A DNA stretch of 64,000 bases from Candidatus Bathyarchaeota archaeon (GCA_030608565.1 JAUWDY010000001.1:104238-168237); one strand, 5' to 3'; shown: positions 1 through 9,207, numbered from the stretch's first letter. Made by a program: numbers and translations. The notes: a model not told the origin generated them from the sequence alone.

Positions 1-334
1 TCTCGACCCTTTTCTGCGCCTTTATCCTCTTCAAAGCCTCTTCTCTTCCATAGAGAAGCGTTTGCGCGATAATCTGTTTGGGCTGTCTGACTGCGAAAAA
101 TATGGCTTTACCTGCGAAGTCGTGTTCTATCAGTTTATCAAGCTCTTCAGCTTTGAACCCGTAGAACTTCTTCGTGTAATCTCTCTTCGCAGTCTTTGCC
201 TTTGTCTTCCCATAATGCCTTTGAATCTTTAGCCTGTTCTCTATCGCTATTGCAGTGGTAGCGCCTTTTAACTCTACGTCCATTGAGACCCTTTCGAAAA
301 TCTTATGGAATTCGTAGCGTGAAACACTATCCAT
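1..334 (-). CDS. Hypothetical protein, partial at window edge (MDSVSRYEFHKIFERVSMDVELKGATTAIAIENRLKIQRHYGKTKAK...)
   Basis: Open frame on - strand from ATG (334-332) to the window edge, not in the track; overlaps the stop of the 327..551 ORF. Confidence 0.6.
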   Translation of the reverse strand, partial: MDSVSRYEFHKIFERVSMDVELKGATTAIAIENRLKIQRHYGKTKAKTAKRDYTKKFYGFKAEELDKLIEHDFAGKAIFFAVRQPKQIIAQTLLYGREEALKRIKAQKRVE

Positions 335-551
335 TTTTATCACCAACGAACTCGTAAATCAAAGTGTATTTTCGGTTGCCATCCAAGACCTCGGTAGCTT
401 CCTTGAGATTAACTACAAAGCGCTGATGCTTAACCACGACACTCAGCACTTTGCCCGATTTGCTGAGAGTTAAGTATCCACAATCGACCCAGGAGCGTTT
501 CTTTTCTGGTGATTGCTGTTTTTCTTTATTCTTCTGCCATGGTTTGCTCAT
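327..551 (-). CDS. Small hypothetical protein (74 aa)
   Basis: ORF in tight minus-strand series next to the ParB-like gene. Confidence 0.5.
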   Translation of the reverse strand: MSKPWQKNKEKQQSPEKKRSWVDCGYLTLSKSGKVLSVVVKHQRFVVNLKEATEVLDGNRKYTLIYEFVGDKNG

Positions 552-607
552 TCACTATTCCTCCTTTTCCTGCAAACTGAGACATCGATGTCTTAGTTTG
601 CATAATT

Positions 608-1516
608 TCACCCTCTCGCATCAAGCCCTAAAGGCTTGAGGCCCATTTTCCTTCTCACCGTGTTAATTTCTTCCAGCCTTTTCTGCTGTACGTAATCCAT
701 AAAAGGACGTCCACCACTGGTACTGGATATACTGGTACGTATCCCACTGGTTCGTATTCTTTGATTGCAGCCGGGGCACACGTTCATCCGGCCCATGTTC
801 TCTTTTGGAAAGCTTTTTCCACAAACGTCGCAGGCCTTGAACGCATGGTAAGTGCCGCTTATTATTGCCTGAACGTATGATGCTGTTTCTCTGGAGCTCA
901 TGTTCTGAGCTTTCTCAGAAACCCGCGGTATCAAATGCTCTTTCTCTGTTCCTAAAAGCTTGCATATCTCTATGGCATTACTGTATTTCAGTTTCCCTTT
1001 GCCAATGTTCTCTTTAACTGAAGATGGGAGTTCAAGGAGCCTTATGTGCCGTTTAATTGTTTTCAAGTCTTCTCCGGTTGCTTTCGAAACGTCATGCAGC
1101 ACGCTTTTGTGTCCCCGCCCGCCTTTTAGTGCAAAGCTGGACAACGTTGTCCTAGTTTGCATAGTTTCAGCCATTTTCTTCAAATGCCGTGCCTTATCAA
1201 TAGTATTATACCATTCATGAGTCCTGTTAGCCTTATATCCCTCAGCCAGGGCTTGTTCCCTAGGTATGTCTTCCAGTACCACAGGGACAGTGTCCAGTCC
1301 CAAGGATATACACACTTTCAGTCTGTGTATTCCATCAAATACAATGTATCTCTTCCTCTTCAAGTCCCACAGTGCCCTTAATGGATAAGCAGGGTTGTAG
1401 CCGTCAGCTGAAATTACTCTTTTGAGATAATGAAAGCTTGATTGACTGTAGAATTCTCTCTCAAGCTCAGGCATGGGTTCGCATTCTTCAGGGTCCACCA
1501 TTCTTACTTTAGCCAT
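608..1516 (-). CDS. ParB/Spo0J-like nuclease-domain protein with C-terminal CxxC zinc ribbon
   Basis: ParB N-domain-like text (YIVFDGIHRLKVCISLGLDTVPVVLEDI), central helical region, CDVCGKSF...CPGCNQR. Confidence 0.75.
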   Translation of the reverse strand: MAKVRMVDPEECEPMPELEREFYSQSSFHYLKRVISADGYNPAYPLRALWDLKRKRYIVFDGIHRLKVCISLGLDTVPVVLEDIPREQALAEGYKANRTHEWYNTIDKARHLKKMAETMQTRTTLSSFALKGGRGHKSVLHDVSKATGEDLKTIKRHIRLLELPSSVKENIGKGKLKYSNAIEICKLLGTEKEHLIPRVSEKAQNMSSRETASYVQAIISGTYHAFKACDVCGKSFPKENMGRMNVCPGCNQRIRTSGIRTSISSTSGGRPFMDYVQQKRLEEINTVRRKMGLKPLGLDARG

Positions 1517-1539
1517 TCATTGCCATCTACCCTTCTAGG

Positions 1540-1716
1540 TTATTCCTCCGGGTGTATTCTGGACGGCTTGCGGCCTTTCTTCTTTGCCCAACCCCAATGT
1601 CCATCTCTCTTTACGTAGGTTAGCCCTCTAGCATAGTACCTCTTTCGCCATTCAGCACACCTTTTCCTCTGCCATTCCCGGGTGGCCTTGGGTCTTAGCT
1701 TCTTTTTCTTTCTCAT
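1540..1716 (-). CDS. Small basic protein, 58 aa (MRKKKKLRPKATREWQRKRCAEWRKRYYARGLTYVKRDGHWGWAKKKGRKPSRIHPEE)
   Basis: Hand translation of - strand; below the track length cutoff; directly upstream of the ParB-like gene in the same orientation. Confidence 0.5.
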   Translation of the reverse strand: MRKKKKLRPKATREWQRKRCAEWRKRYYARGLTYVKRDGHWGWAKKKGRKPSRIHPEE

Positions 1717-1923
1717 GCTATACCCAGCTATAGGCTGCTATAGCTTTCCATCTAGCATAAGTCGTATAAAAGGATTTGTCTACTATTCTTCTAGAAGTAT
1801 CTTCTACTCATTGAAAATAAGCACTTCCGTGCATCAATGGTTGTATGTTAATGTTAAGATGGTTGTGCTGGTTGTCTGAGTAAACATCTACAACCACCAA
1901 CAACCATTTCCGACCTGAGAACA

Positions 1924-2292
1924 CTAACCTTTCCTTTTTGCACCACAATTAGGGCAGAACAAGGATGTTTGAGGCATTAGGCTTCCACAGTGGCTGCAGG
2001 TTATCATAACAACCTCTTTGGTTATGACTTCTTTCTGAACAATAGAAGCTTCCTTTTTCGCACGATATCTTCGAATCTCTTGAAGACCTAAAGCCATACC
2101 TAGAAGAACAATTCCAATGGTAACTAGATTTACGAAAGGGGTTTTGTGTAGCCCCTCAGGATATGCCCCCACCATGTATCCTTGGACACACATCATGGCC
2201 TGATAAATGTACCACGAACCAACAACTATCAAAGGCAATTGAGCAATGGTTATGTCTACATTTTTCATTTTTTTCCCTCGATTATTCTCCAA
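1924..2292 (-). CDS. Membrane protein with C-terminal zinc ribbon
   Basis: Two hydrophobic segments followed by CSHCGSLMPQTSLFCPNCGAKRKG. Confidence 0.7.
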   Translation of the reverse strand: MENNRGKKMKNVDITIAQLPLIVVGSWYIYQAMMCVQGYMVGAYPEGLHKTPFVNLVTIGIVLLGMALGLQEIRRYRAKKEASIVQKEVITKEVVMITCSHCGSLMPQTSLFCPNCGAKRKG

Positions 2293-2433
2293 GTCATCTT
2301 TATTTCAAACATATAATTTATGAATTTGAAAATAGGATTGCCAATATTTCCGAGAGTCGAGAGAGAGTTGGGTATTCTGTTGGTTTTACTCTGGTGTACT
2401 CTTATGGGGTTACACTGGAGTGAAATTCTACCC

Positions 2434-2455
2434 GGTTGGTTGGTTGGTTGGTTGG
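2434..2455. repeat. (GGTT)5GG tetranucleotide microsatellite
   Basis: ggttggttggttggttggttgg read directly. Confidence 0.95.
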
Positions 2456-2623
2456 ATAAAAATTTAATTCCTTCCTTCCAATATCATACATTGCATTTGA
2501 CTAGATCATATTATAATATACCATAATCCTGAAAGATGCATGCATGCATTAACTTTTTTGAAAAAAAGGAGGATAGAAGGGTTTGTTAAGAGCAGTTGGA
2601 GTGCTGCTTAGCGTTTATGGGAT

Positions 2624-3073
2624 TTAGCCGTTAAGCGCTTTGGTTATTTTGACCGAGGAGCTTCCCCAGAAGATGGCGCCCCCCCATGTCTCACCTACAA
2701 GGCAGCCCGCCATGAAGTGGTTACCTCGTGTGGCATACGCGCTCCAGTCGCACTCTTGCGTGACAAAGTACAATACCATGTCTAGGTCGCCATCGCTATC
2801 GTAGTCCTCCATCGCCCAGCGCAATGGCGAAGCACCTAGAAACCCTACTGTCACAGGGTCAACTGTGGAAGCATCGAAACTGTCAGTTGTCTTTATAGCC
2901 ACTGGCGTGTTTCCCATGGAATTTGGGTTAATGGCATTCGGACAGCTCAGCGGTTTGACGTCGATCGCAATCTCCCCAGTGGGAGCCATGACTGGCACAG
3001 CCAACAGCAACGTTGAAAGCACCAGAAGTGCAATTCCAATTAGTTTTTTCATTCTTCTTTCTCCCTTATCCAA
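2624..3073 (-). CDS. Secreted protein with signal peptide and DxDxDGDxD calcium-binding-like motif
   Basis: N-terminal MKKLIGIALLVLSTLLLAVPVMA; internal DYDSDGDLDMVLYF. Confidence 0.65.
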   Translation of the reverse strand: MDKGERRMKKLIGIALLVLSTLLLAVPVMAPTGEIAIDVKPLSCPNAINPNSMGNTPVAIKTTDSFDASTVDPVTVGFLGASPLRWAMEDYDSDGDLDMVLYFVTQECDWSAYATRGNHFMAGCLVGETWGGAIFWGSSSVKITKALNG

Positions 3074-3319
3074 AAAATATATGCATCATGTAAATAAAGA
3101 CTAATGGAAGTCTATTCTATAGTATAATGCATATATGCATGCATAGCGGGGAAACGGAATGTGGATAAAATGAGTTTTTAACTCATCTCTGTGTTCACCA
3201 AATACAGAAATCCGTTCGTTAATCTTTTAAGGGAGAACCGCTATCGTGGAGGAGGATGCACATGTATCGTAGAACCTTCCGGAAAACAAAACGGAAACTA
3301 ACCTGTGAGGGTGTAAACA

Positions 3320-4576
3320 TTGAGTCAAAAAGAGGACAAGCCACGTTTCGGCTTCATGACACGCAATTACTTAGTGCTAACCCTCACATCAACACTATGG
3401 GGAATCCCCACAAGCATCTGTAACACCTACTTCTCTCTATACGTCTTCGGACTAGGCGGAACAGAAATAACCATAGGCTTAATCACAGCCCTAGGAAGCA
3501 CCGCTTTTGTCATATCCGCAATCATAGGCGGTCACATAGCTGATCTGTACGGCAGAAAGAAAATAATCAGCATAATGACCATAGTCCTCGGGTTAAGTCA
3601 ATTCCTGGTAGCATTTGCACCCAACTGGCAATTTCTAACCCTCGCCATGATTATAGTAAACATATGCTTCGTATTTGAACCCGCATTCTGGGCGATACTA
3701 GCAGACTCCATAAACGAACAGAAAAGAGGAACAGCCTTCGCACTCTACAGTTGCCTAAGTTTCCTTCCATGGGCCATAATGCCTTCCATCGGCGGCTACT
3801 TAATCGACATTCACGGCATTCTAGCCCCAATGCAGTGGACTTACGTTTGCTTGGCTATAGTAGGCGTAGCTGCTGGAATAATACGATTGTTTATGCTTAC
3901 AGAAACGATTTCTCCCCAGAATAGAAAAGCTGGTGGGCAATATAGCCTTAAAGAATTAGGCAAACTCGTGAAAGATGCTTTCAAAGGACACTTGCAAACG
4001 TGGTCGTGGATGCCCCGCTCGGCTCTTGCCTTAGCAGCTATCTATATTCTATGGGCATTCGAATACGGTTTGGTCGAACCTTACTGGATAGTTTACGCTA
4101 CAAAGGTAATCGGTGTCACATCTACACAATGGGGCATCATCATAGGTTTAGGAAGTGCAATCAGCATTGTATCAAAGATACTCATAGTCGGCAAGCTACT
4201 AGACAAATTCAGCCGAAGAAAAATCTTGTTAGCAACAACAGCCTTAGACATATTCACTTACCTGCTCTTCATACGTTGCGGCATGTACATACAAGTCCTA
4301 ACCCTCTGGATCGCAAGTTCCTTCATATGGTCCTTCTACGAACCCACATATTCATCATTAGAAGCAGACATAATCCCAGAAGAAAGAAGAGGAAGAGTAT
4401 TCGCTGCTTTCGGCGTTGCTTGGTCAGCCTTCAGCGTTCCAGCAAGTCTCCTAGGCGGATTCATTTATGAGCAAGTCAACCCTGAACTATCCTTCATCAT
4501 GGCATCAATTGGCATTATACTATGTTTTATTCTGACCGCACTATTCATCAAACAACCACAACACAATAAAAAGTAA
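3320..4576 (+). CDS. MFS transporter
   Basis: About 12 TM helices; GGHIADLYGRKK and GKLLDKFSRRK MFS loop motifs. Confidence 0.85.
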   Translation: MSQKEDKPRFGFMTRNYLVLTLTSTLWGIPTSICNTYFSLYVFGLGGTEITIGLITALGSTAFVISAIIGGHIADLYGRKKIISIMTIVLGLSQFLVAFAPNWQFLTLAMIIVNICFVFEPAFWAILADSINEQKRGTAFALYSCLSFLPWAIMPSIGGYLIDIHGILAPMQWTYVCLAIVGVAAGIIRLFMLTETISPQNRKAGGQYSLKELGKLVKDAFKGHLQTWSWMPRSALALAAIYILWAFEYGLVEPYWIVYATKVIGVTSTQWGIIIGLGSAISIVSKILIVGKLLDKFSRRKILLATTALDIFTYLLFIRCGMYIQVLTLWIASSFIWSFYEPTYSSLEADIIPEERRGRVFAAFGVAWSAFSVPASLLGGFIYEQVNPELSFIMASIGIILCFILTALFIKQPQHNKK

Positions 4577-4627
4577 ATGATGATAAGCACGACTAACGCA
4601 CACACAACTCAGCACGACAAAAAACAC

Positions 4628-5311
4628 TTAACAAATTACTGTCCCAACCTTTTTCCCTTTCACAGCCAACAACACATTTTTTGGTTTAAACCCGTTCACC
4701 ACAACCGTCTTCGTCCTACTCTTCCGAAGAACACGAACAGCCTCAGGATCCAAAATTTGATGTATCCCCGCCTTATGCTTATCCTCATCAAACAATCGAA
4801 ACAAATCGTCAAAACCAAGCCTATCAATCATTTTCGCATCCGGATGCTTCCTCGGATCCTTACCGTATATGCCATCTTGATCCGTGGCCTTCACCAACAA
4901 TTCAGCCTTCACCTTTTCAGCCACCAAAGCCGCCACCGCATCCGTAGTCATACCCGGCTTCAAACCACCCATAACAACAATCTTCCCATGCTTCAAACAC
5001 TCAACAGCCTCATCCAAAGAAACAGGCACAGAACCACAACTCAATTCACCTAAACGCATAACAAACAACAAAGCAACCAAACGGGAAACAAAAATCGCAA
5101 CCCAATCTCTACTCGACTCGTCTAACCCCAGCTCACCCGCAACCCTAATAAAATCACGCGCCAACACGCCGCCACCAACAACCGCAACAACCTCATGCTC
5201 CTGCTTTTTCAAATTCTTCAACAAATCCACATACTTGGCTATAAGCGGAGATTCCACTGGAGAGGCCACCACCGAACCGCCGACACGAACCACAACCCTC
5301 AACGAAACCAC
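4628..5311 (-). CDS. pyrH: UMP kinase (archaeal PyrH-type amino acid kinase fold)
   Basis: VVRVGGSVVASP, VGGGVLARDFI, ATDQDGIYGKDPRKHPDAK, HQILDPEAVRVLRKSRTKTVVVNG. Confidence 0.88.
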   Translation of the reverse strand: MVSLRVVVRVGGSVVASPVESPLIAKYVDLLKNLKKQEHEVVAVVGGGVLARDFIRVAGELGLDESSRDWVAIFVSRLVALLFVMRLGELSCGSVPVSLDEAVECLKHGKIVVMGGLKPGMTTDAVAALVAEKVKAELLVKATDQDGIYGKDPRKHPDAKMIDRLGFDDLFRLFDEDKHKAGIHQILDPEAVRVLRKSRTKTVVVNGFKPKNVLLAVKGKKVGTVIC

Positions 5312-5484
5312 CGTACCACCTAATGTTCGTAATAGAGCATAAATAAAACTCTCCCTGCTACTCTCCTATATGTCCCTGTGTCGCCATCTGTACATCTGAG
5401 CACCCGTACTCTAACTCACATAAAACAGAAACAAAAAAATCGTCACAAACCCAAATAACAAGTCCAAATCCCAGAGAGATAAAA

Positions 5485-6330
5485 ATGACCCAGCTCGAAC
5501 TCATCTTCCTAGGAACCGGAGGCGGAAGATTTGTAACCATCACCCAAAAAAGAAGAACCGCTGGAATCCGCATACTCTCCGAAAAACTGAACATACACCT
5601 AGACCCAGGACCCGGTGCTCTTGTACATTCGTTGAACATGGGGTTGAACCCTCAAAAAATCCGAGCAATACTAGTTTCCCACAGTCACCCAGACCACTAC
5701 ACCGACGCAGAAGTTCTCGTCGAAGCCATGACCCAAGGAACGACCAAAAGAAGAGGAATTTTAGCCGCACCCCACAGCGTCCTATTTGGCAATGAAACGT
5801 GTGGACCAGTGGTTTCAAAATATCATCAGCAGATGCCCGAGAACGTGATAGAGTTGAAAACAGGCGTTAATTTCAATATTAGCGACATAAAGATTACAGC
5901 TACTGAGGCTAGACACACGGATCCAGACACCGTGGGGTTTCGACTAGAAAACCGAGATTTCGGAGACATCGCTTACAGCTCTGACACCGAGTTCTTCGAA
6001 GGCGTTGGAAAACAGTACAAAGGGGTTCGACTCCTGTTGTTGTGTGTTATGAGACCTTCTGGAAAGCCTTGGAAAGGACACATGACCACTGATGATGCAA
6101 TCAAAATTGTAGAGGAGGCTGGTCCAGAGATGATTGTGATGACACACTTCGGAATGCAGATGATCTTCAGTGGGCCTTATCGCGAGGCGAAACTAATTGA
6201 ACAAAGAACTGGAGTTCCTACCACAGTGGCTTCGGATGGAATGCGTATAAGCGTGGGTGAGGAAATTCGGGTGCGGAGGATGGAGAGAAAACAGAAAGGT
6301 TTAGACGATTTTGTGAAATCGAGGAAATAA
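5485..6330 (+). CDS. MBL-fold metallo-hydrolase
   Basis: FLGTGGGR, SHSHPDHYTDAE, FGIAYSSDTE-like region, MTHFGMQM. Confidence 0.85.
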   Translation: MTQLELIFLGTGGGRFVTITQKRRTAGIRILSEKLNIHLDPGPGALVHSLNMGLNPQKIRAILVSHSHPDHYTDAEVLVEAMTQGTTKRRGILAAPHSVLFGNETCGPVVSKYHQQMPENVIELKTGVNFNISDIKITATEARHTDPDTVGFRLENRDFGDIAYSSDTEFFEGVGKQYKGVRLLLLCVMRPSGKPWKGHMTTDDAIKIVEEAGPEMIVMTHFGMQMIFSGPYREAKLIEQRTGVPTTVASDGMRISVGEEIRVRRMERKQKGLDDFVKSRK

Positions 6331-6380
6331 AATTTCACGAAGACCCTAGGTAAGGGGACGTCTAATGGTGGGGTGGCTGT

Positions 6381-6896
6381 TTAAAGGTATATGTCTATGA
6401 GTTTTCTTTTGATTAGTATGTAGATGACGATTGCGCTGATTATGAATTCGCCGACGAGGTATGTGCCATTGTATAAGGCTGAGGCAATTGCCCCCTCTAT
6501 GGTAGGAGATGTAAAGAAAAACATGCCAGACAAGAAGGAACAAATGAACCTACCAGCTATTCCGACCCCAACGCCAACTAACGGGTATCTTTTGAAGAAC
6601 CCTGCTAGGCCTAAGGCTGCAAAAGCCACGGGATAATCAAGCAAGCCCTGAACTGGATTAATAACATAGCCACCAAGCGACATGTGAACCAACCCATAGA
6701 TAACCCCAGCAAAAACTCCAAAGCGAAAACCTCTTCTCAGAGTAAACCAAATAAGCGGGACTAAACCCGCGATCGTGATGGACCCTCCTTGAGGAAGATG
6801 GTAGATTGGTGGTAAAACATCCTTCAGAATGATACTTAAAGCGACAATAACTGACAATTCTGTCAGTACTTTGGTTGGAAATCTTCTTTCTTTCAC
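6381..6896 (-). CDS. thiT: Energy-coupled thiamine transporter ThiT
   Basis: GGSITIAGLVPL, GVIYGLVHMSLGGYVINPVQGLLDYPVAF; preceded by a TPP riboswitch; GTG start. Confidence 0.85.
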   Translation of the reverse strand: MKERRFPTKVLTELSVIVALSIILKDVLPPIYHLPQGGSITIAGLVPLIWFTLRRGFRFGVFAGVIYGLVHMSLGGYVINPVQGLLDYPVAFAALGLAGFFKRYPLVGVGVGIAGRFICSFLSGMFFFTSPTIEGAIASALYNGTYLVGEFIISAIVIYILIKRKLIDIYL

Positions 6897-6899
6897 ATT

Positions 6900-6995
6900 T
6901 TTTCCCTCCGCCAGTATTATCTGGATCAGGTTCTAAGGGTCGACGGCGCGTTTTGCCGTCCTCTCAGCTGGGTCTTGCCCCTAGCTCCCCTCTTT
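6900..6995 (-). promoter_or_regulatory. TPP riboswitch (THI element)
   Basis: Minus strand reads ...GGGGAGCTAGGGG...CTGAGAGGACGGC...GACCCTTAGAACCTGATCCAGATAATACTGGCGGAGGGAAA, directly upstream of thiT. Confidence 0.93.
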
Positions 6996-7164
6996 TCTGA
7001 CAGATGTTGTGTGAGTGACTAGTTGTGTTTATAATTGTTGCGGTTTAGTGCGCGTGTACGTGAGGGTGTCTACCCCTAGTCTATGCAATTCAATTAAGCC
7101 TCTAATACGACTAGTTGTTTTGGAAAGGATTAATAAGAAAGATGCGAAAGTTTCGTTGAAAAGA

Positions 7165-7269
7165 GCGGCGGTAGCGAAGCCAGGTCAAACGCGGAGGACT
7201 CAAGATCATGGTTGATGAGCTATCCTCTCCTGTAGGGGTTCGCCGGTTCGAATCCGGCCCGCCGCACCA
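7165..7269 (+). tRNA. tRNA-Leu(CAA) with a 17-nt intron (7205-7221) and encoded CCA
   Basis: Acceptor GCGGCGG/CCGCCGC, D stem GCG/CGC, anticodon stem GAGGA/TCCTC with loop CTCAAGA after removing ATCATGGTTGATGAGCT, T arm GCCGG-TTCGAAT-CCGGC. Confidence 0.93.
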
Positions 7270-7313
7270 AGCTTCGTTAAATATAAACCCACGAATCAGG
7301 TCGGAGGGATACC

Positions 7314-8000
7314 ATGAACAAATGTCTACAGATCATGAAGAAAATGATGAAGGACGCCTCGCTGTACATGGACTTGATCGAGACGGAGAATAGTGAAATC
7401 CGAGTTTGCGTGGAACTTTCCGACACAGGTGAATCCGCAACATTAGTTCTGGGAGAAGAAAATAAGGTTCTTGAAGGCTCTGTGAAACCTGACGGTAAGA
7501 TAGTGATGAAGAGAAGAGTGCTGGAAAGTATTGCTCAAGGAAAGGCAGACGCCTTCGCGCTTGCGGGTAGAGGCAGAGCAGATGAGGTGAGACCCATAGA
7601 ATTCGAAATCTACACTAAAGAACGCTCAAAAGAGATTTGGGAAACAGGAAAAGCACTCCTAACCTATTTCTTTACTCCCGGAAAAATCAAAGTCAAGAAT
7701 CTCAATCTCGAACTAGCTGGTTATGCTCATGGAGCTCACCCAATTCCGTTGGTATATTGGAATGGAATACGTTACAGCTGGATTCTTGTTAAACGCGGAG
7801 AGATTCTAAACAAGAAAAAAGAGAAAGACCCGTGGCCTCAGAGCTTTATCATTCTGGAGGGAAAAGGAAAAGCAATTGTGGGAGAGGAAACATTCGAAAT
7901 AAAGCCTGAAACCGTGATATACATTCCAAGAAATAGTATACATCAAATAATTGCCGAAGAAGACGTAAAAATGATTTGGCTAGCTTGGCAAGCTTGGTAG
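7314..8000 (+). CDS. Cupin-domain protein
   Basis: C-terminal SFIILEGKGKAIVGEETFEIKPETVIYIPRNSIHQI cupin motif. Confidence 0.75.
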   Translation: MNKCLQIMKKMMKDASLYMDLIETENSEIRVCVELSDTGESATLVLGEENKVLEGSVKPDGKIVMKRRVLESIAQGKADAFALAGRGRADEVRPIEFEIYTKERSKEIWETGKALLTYFFTPGKIKVKNLNLELAGYAHGAHPIPLVYWNGIRYSWILVKRGEILNKKKEKDPWPQSFIILEGKGKAIVGEETFEIKPETVIYIPRNSIHQIIAEEDVKMIWLAWQAW

Positions 8001-8013
8001 CTAATAGTAAGAA

Positions 8014-8066
8014 CTCAAGATTCGTCCCAAATGGGGCATGTGGGTTCGAATCCCAGCCGTCGCGCC
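8014..8066 (+). pseudogene. tRNA 3'-half-like fragment (T-arm plus acceptor side plus CCA)
   Basis: AACTCAAGATTCGTCCCAAATGGGGCATGTGGGTTCGAATCCCAGCCGTCGCGCCA; no matching GCGACGG 5' acceptor strand found nearby. Confidence 0.5.
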
Positions 8067-8079
8067 ATAAAATAATGTC

Positions 8080-8805
8080 TCAGAGTTTCTTCGAAACTAT
8101 TTCTTCCACGCTTTGCGCGAACTCGGTTTCCAATAGCTTCTTTACGTCTCCCATCGAGTCCTCAAGCTTATAGTCGAAGTTTATCCCCCCCAAAAAAGGT
8201 GCGGCAAGTCTTTCAACCTGCTCTCGGATGAACGGTGAATCTCTCATCTTCATGTTCTCGACGACGCCTACGATGGGCACCTTCAAGTCCTTTAACAGTT
8301 GTATCAATTTTCTGACGGTTTCAAACGCTACCTTAGAAGGAGTTGTCACAATAAGAAAGTTGATTCCATTGACGAATCTGATCATGTCCAAGGTCGCGTC
8401 TCCAATGCCCGGAGGCATATCAATAACCAGAAAATCCAGTGAGCCCCACTGAGTAATAGCGAATAGCTCTATTATCGCGTTGGAGATGTCAACACCTCTC
8501 AGTGGTGAAGGTTCGTCACGAGCATAGTAAACAATCGACATGTATCTTAGGCCGTGAGCTTCAGGCGGGATAATCCCTTTCTCCTCCTTCGGAAATAGCC
8601 CCTCAATGCTCAGTATTACGTGTGTGGAGGGACAGGAGAAATCTAGGTCAAGCAACCCCACTTTGTAACCTCTTCTCGACAGAGCGAGTGCCAAAGTGGA
8701 TGCGATCATGCTCTTGCCCACGCCTCCTTTGCCGCTGGAGACCGCTATTATCTTCCCTATTTTTGAGAGTCGTTCATTGATGATGTTTAGTCTGGGGTCA
8801 ACCAT
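8080..8805 (-). CDS. Mrp/MinD-family P-loop ATPase, HypA-associated (Mrp-type HypB-like)
   Basis: VSSGKGGVGKSMIASTLA deviant Walker A, DFLVIDMPPGIGD; abuts hypA. Confidence 0.85.
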   Translation of the reverse strand: MVDPRLNIINERLSKIGKIIAVSSGKGGVGKSMIASTLALALSRRGYKVGLLDLDFSCPSTHVILSIEGLFPKEEKGIIPPEAHGLRYMSIVYYARDEPSPLRGVDISNAIIELFAITQWGSLDFLVIDMPPGIGDATLDMIRFVNGINFLIVTTPSKVAFETVRKLIQLLKDLKVPIVGVVENMKMRDSPFIREQVERLAAPFLGGINFDYKLEDSMGDVKKLLETEFAQSVEEIVSKKL

Positions 8806-8808
8806 AGA

Positions 8809-9207
8809 CTACTTCGCTCCTTTTATGGAATCTAGCCAAACCCCGCGTCCCGTCAGAATCTCGAAGTCTGGGCTCCCGCATTTGGGGCATTTCAGGTATG
8901 TGTGAGCAATTTCTGGGACAAAATGAATGAACTCTGACACGTCGTGATCCATGTTCTTCGTGCTAAACTTCCATTTGTGATTACAAACTCTGCACTTTAA
9001 CTCAGCCTTTACAGTTTCCAAACTAAATTTGGCGTTTTTGAGCATGGGAGACCGAAGTTGAGACAAAGCGAACTCGAATATTTCTTGGTCTATCTGCTGT
9101 AGTTCACCGATTTTGATTTTGAGTTCAATGACCTCTTTTAGTTCCTTTTCTTCCGCTATTTTAAGGGTAGTAGAGATCACTGCTTCCGCTAAAGCCCATT
9201 CATGCAT
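8809..9207 (-). CDS. hypA: Hydrogenase nickel incorporation protein HypA
   Basis: MHEWALAEAV N-terminus; CRVCNHKW...CPKCGSPDFEI zinc site. Confidence 0.9.
   Translation of the reverse strand: MHEWALAEAVISTTLKIAEEKELKEVIELKIKIGELQQIDQEIFEFALSQLRSPMLKNAKFSLETVKAELKCRVCNHKWKFSTKNMDHDVSEFIHFVPEIAHTYLKCPKCGSPDFEILTGRGVWLDSIKGAK

Noticed and set aside
1682-1879. 65-aa plus-strand hydrophobic ORF
   Set aside because: Overlaps the better-supported minus-strand 58-aa basic ORF and has no motif.
4000-4470. 156-aa ORF overlapping the 3320..4576 MFS gene in another frame
   Set aside because: Arg/His-rich out-of-frame translation inside a clear transporter gene.
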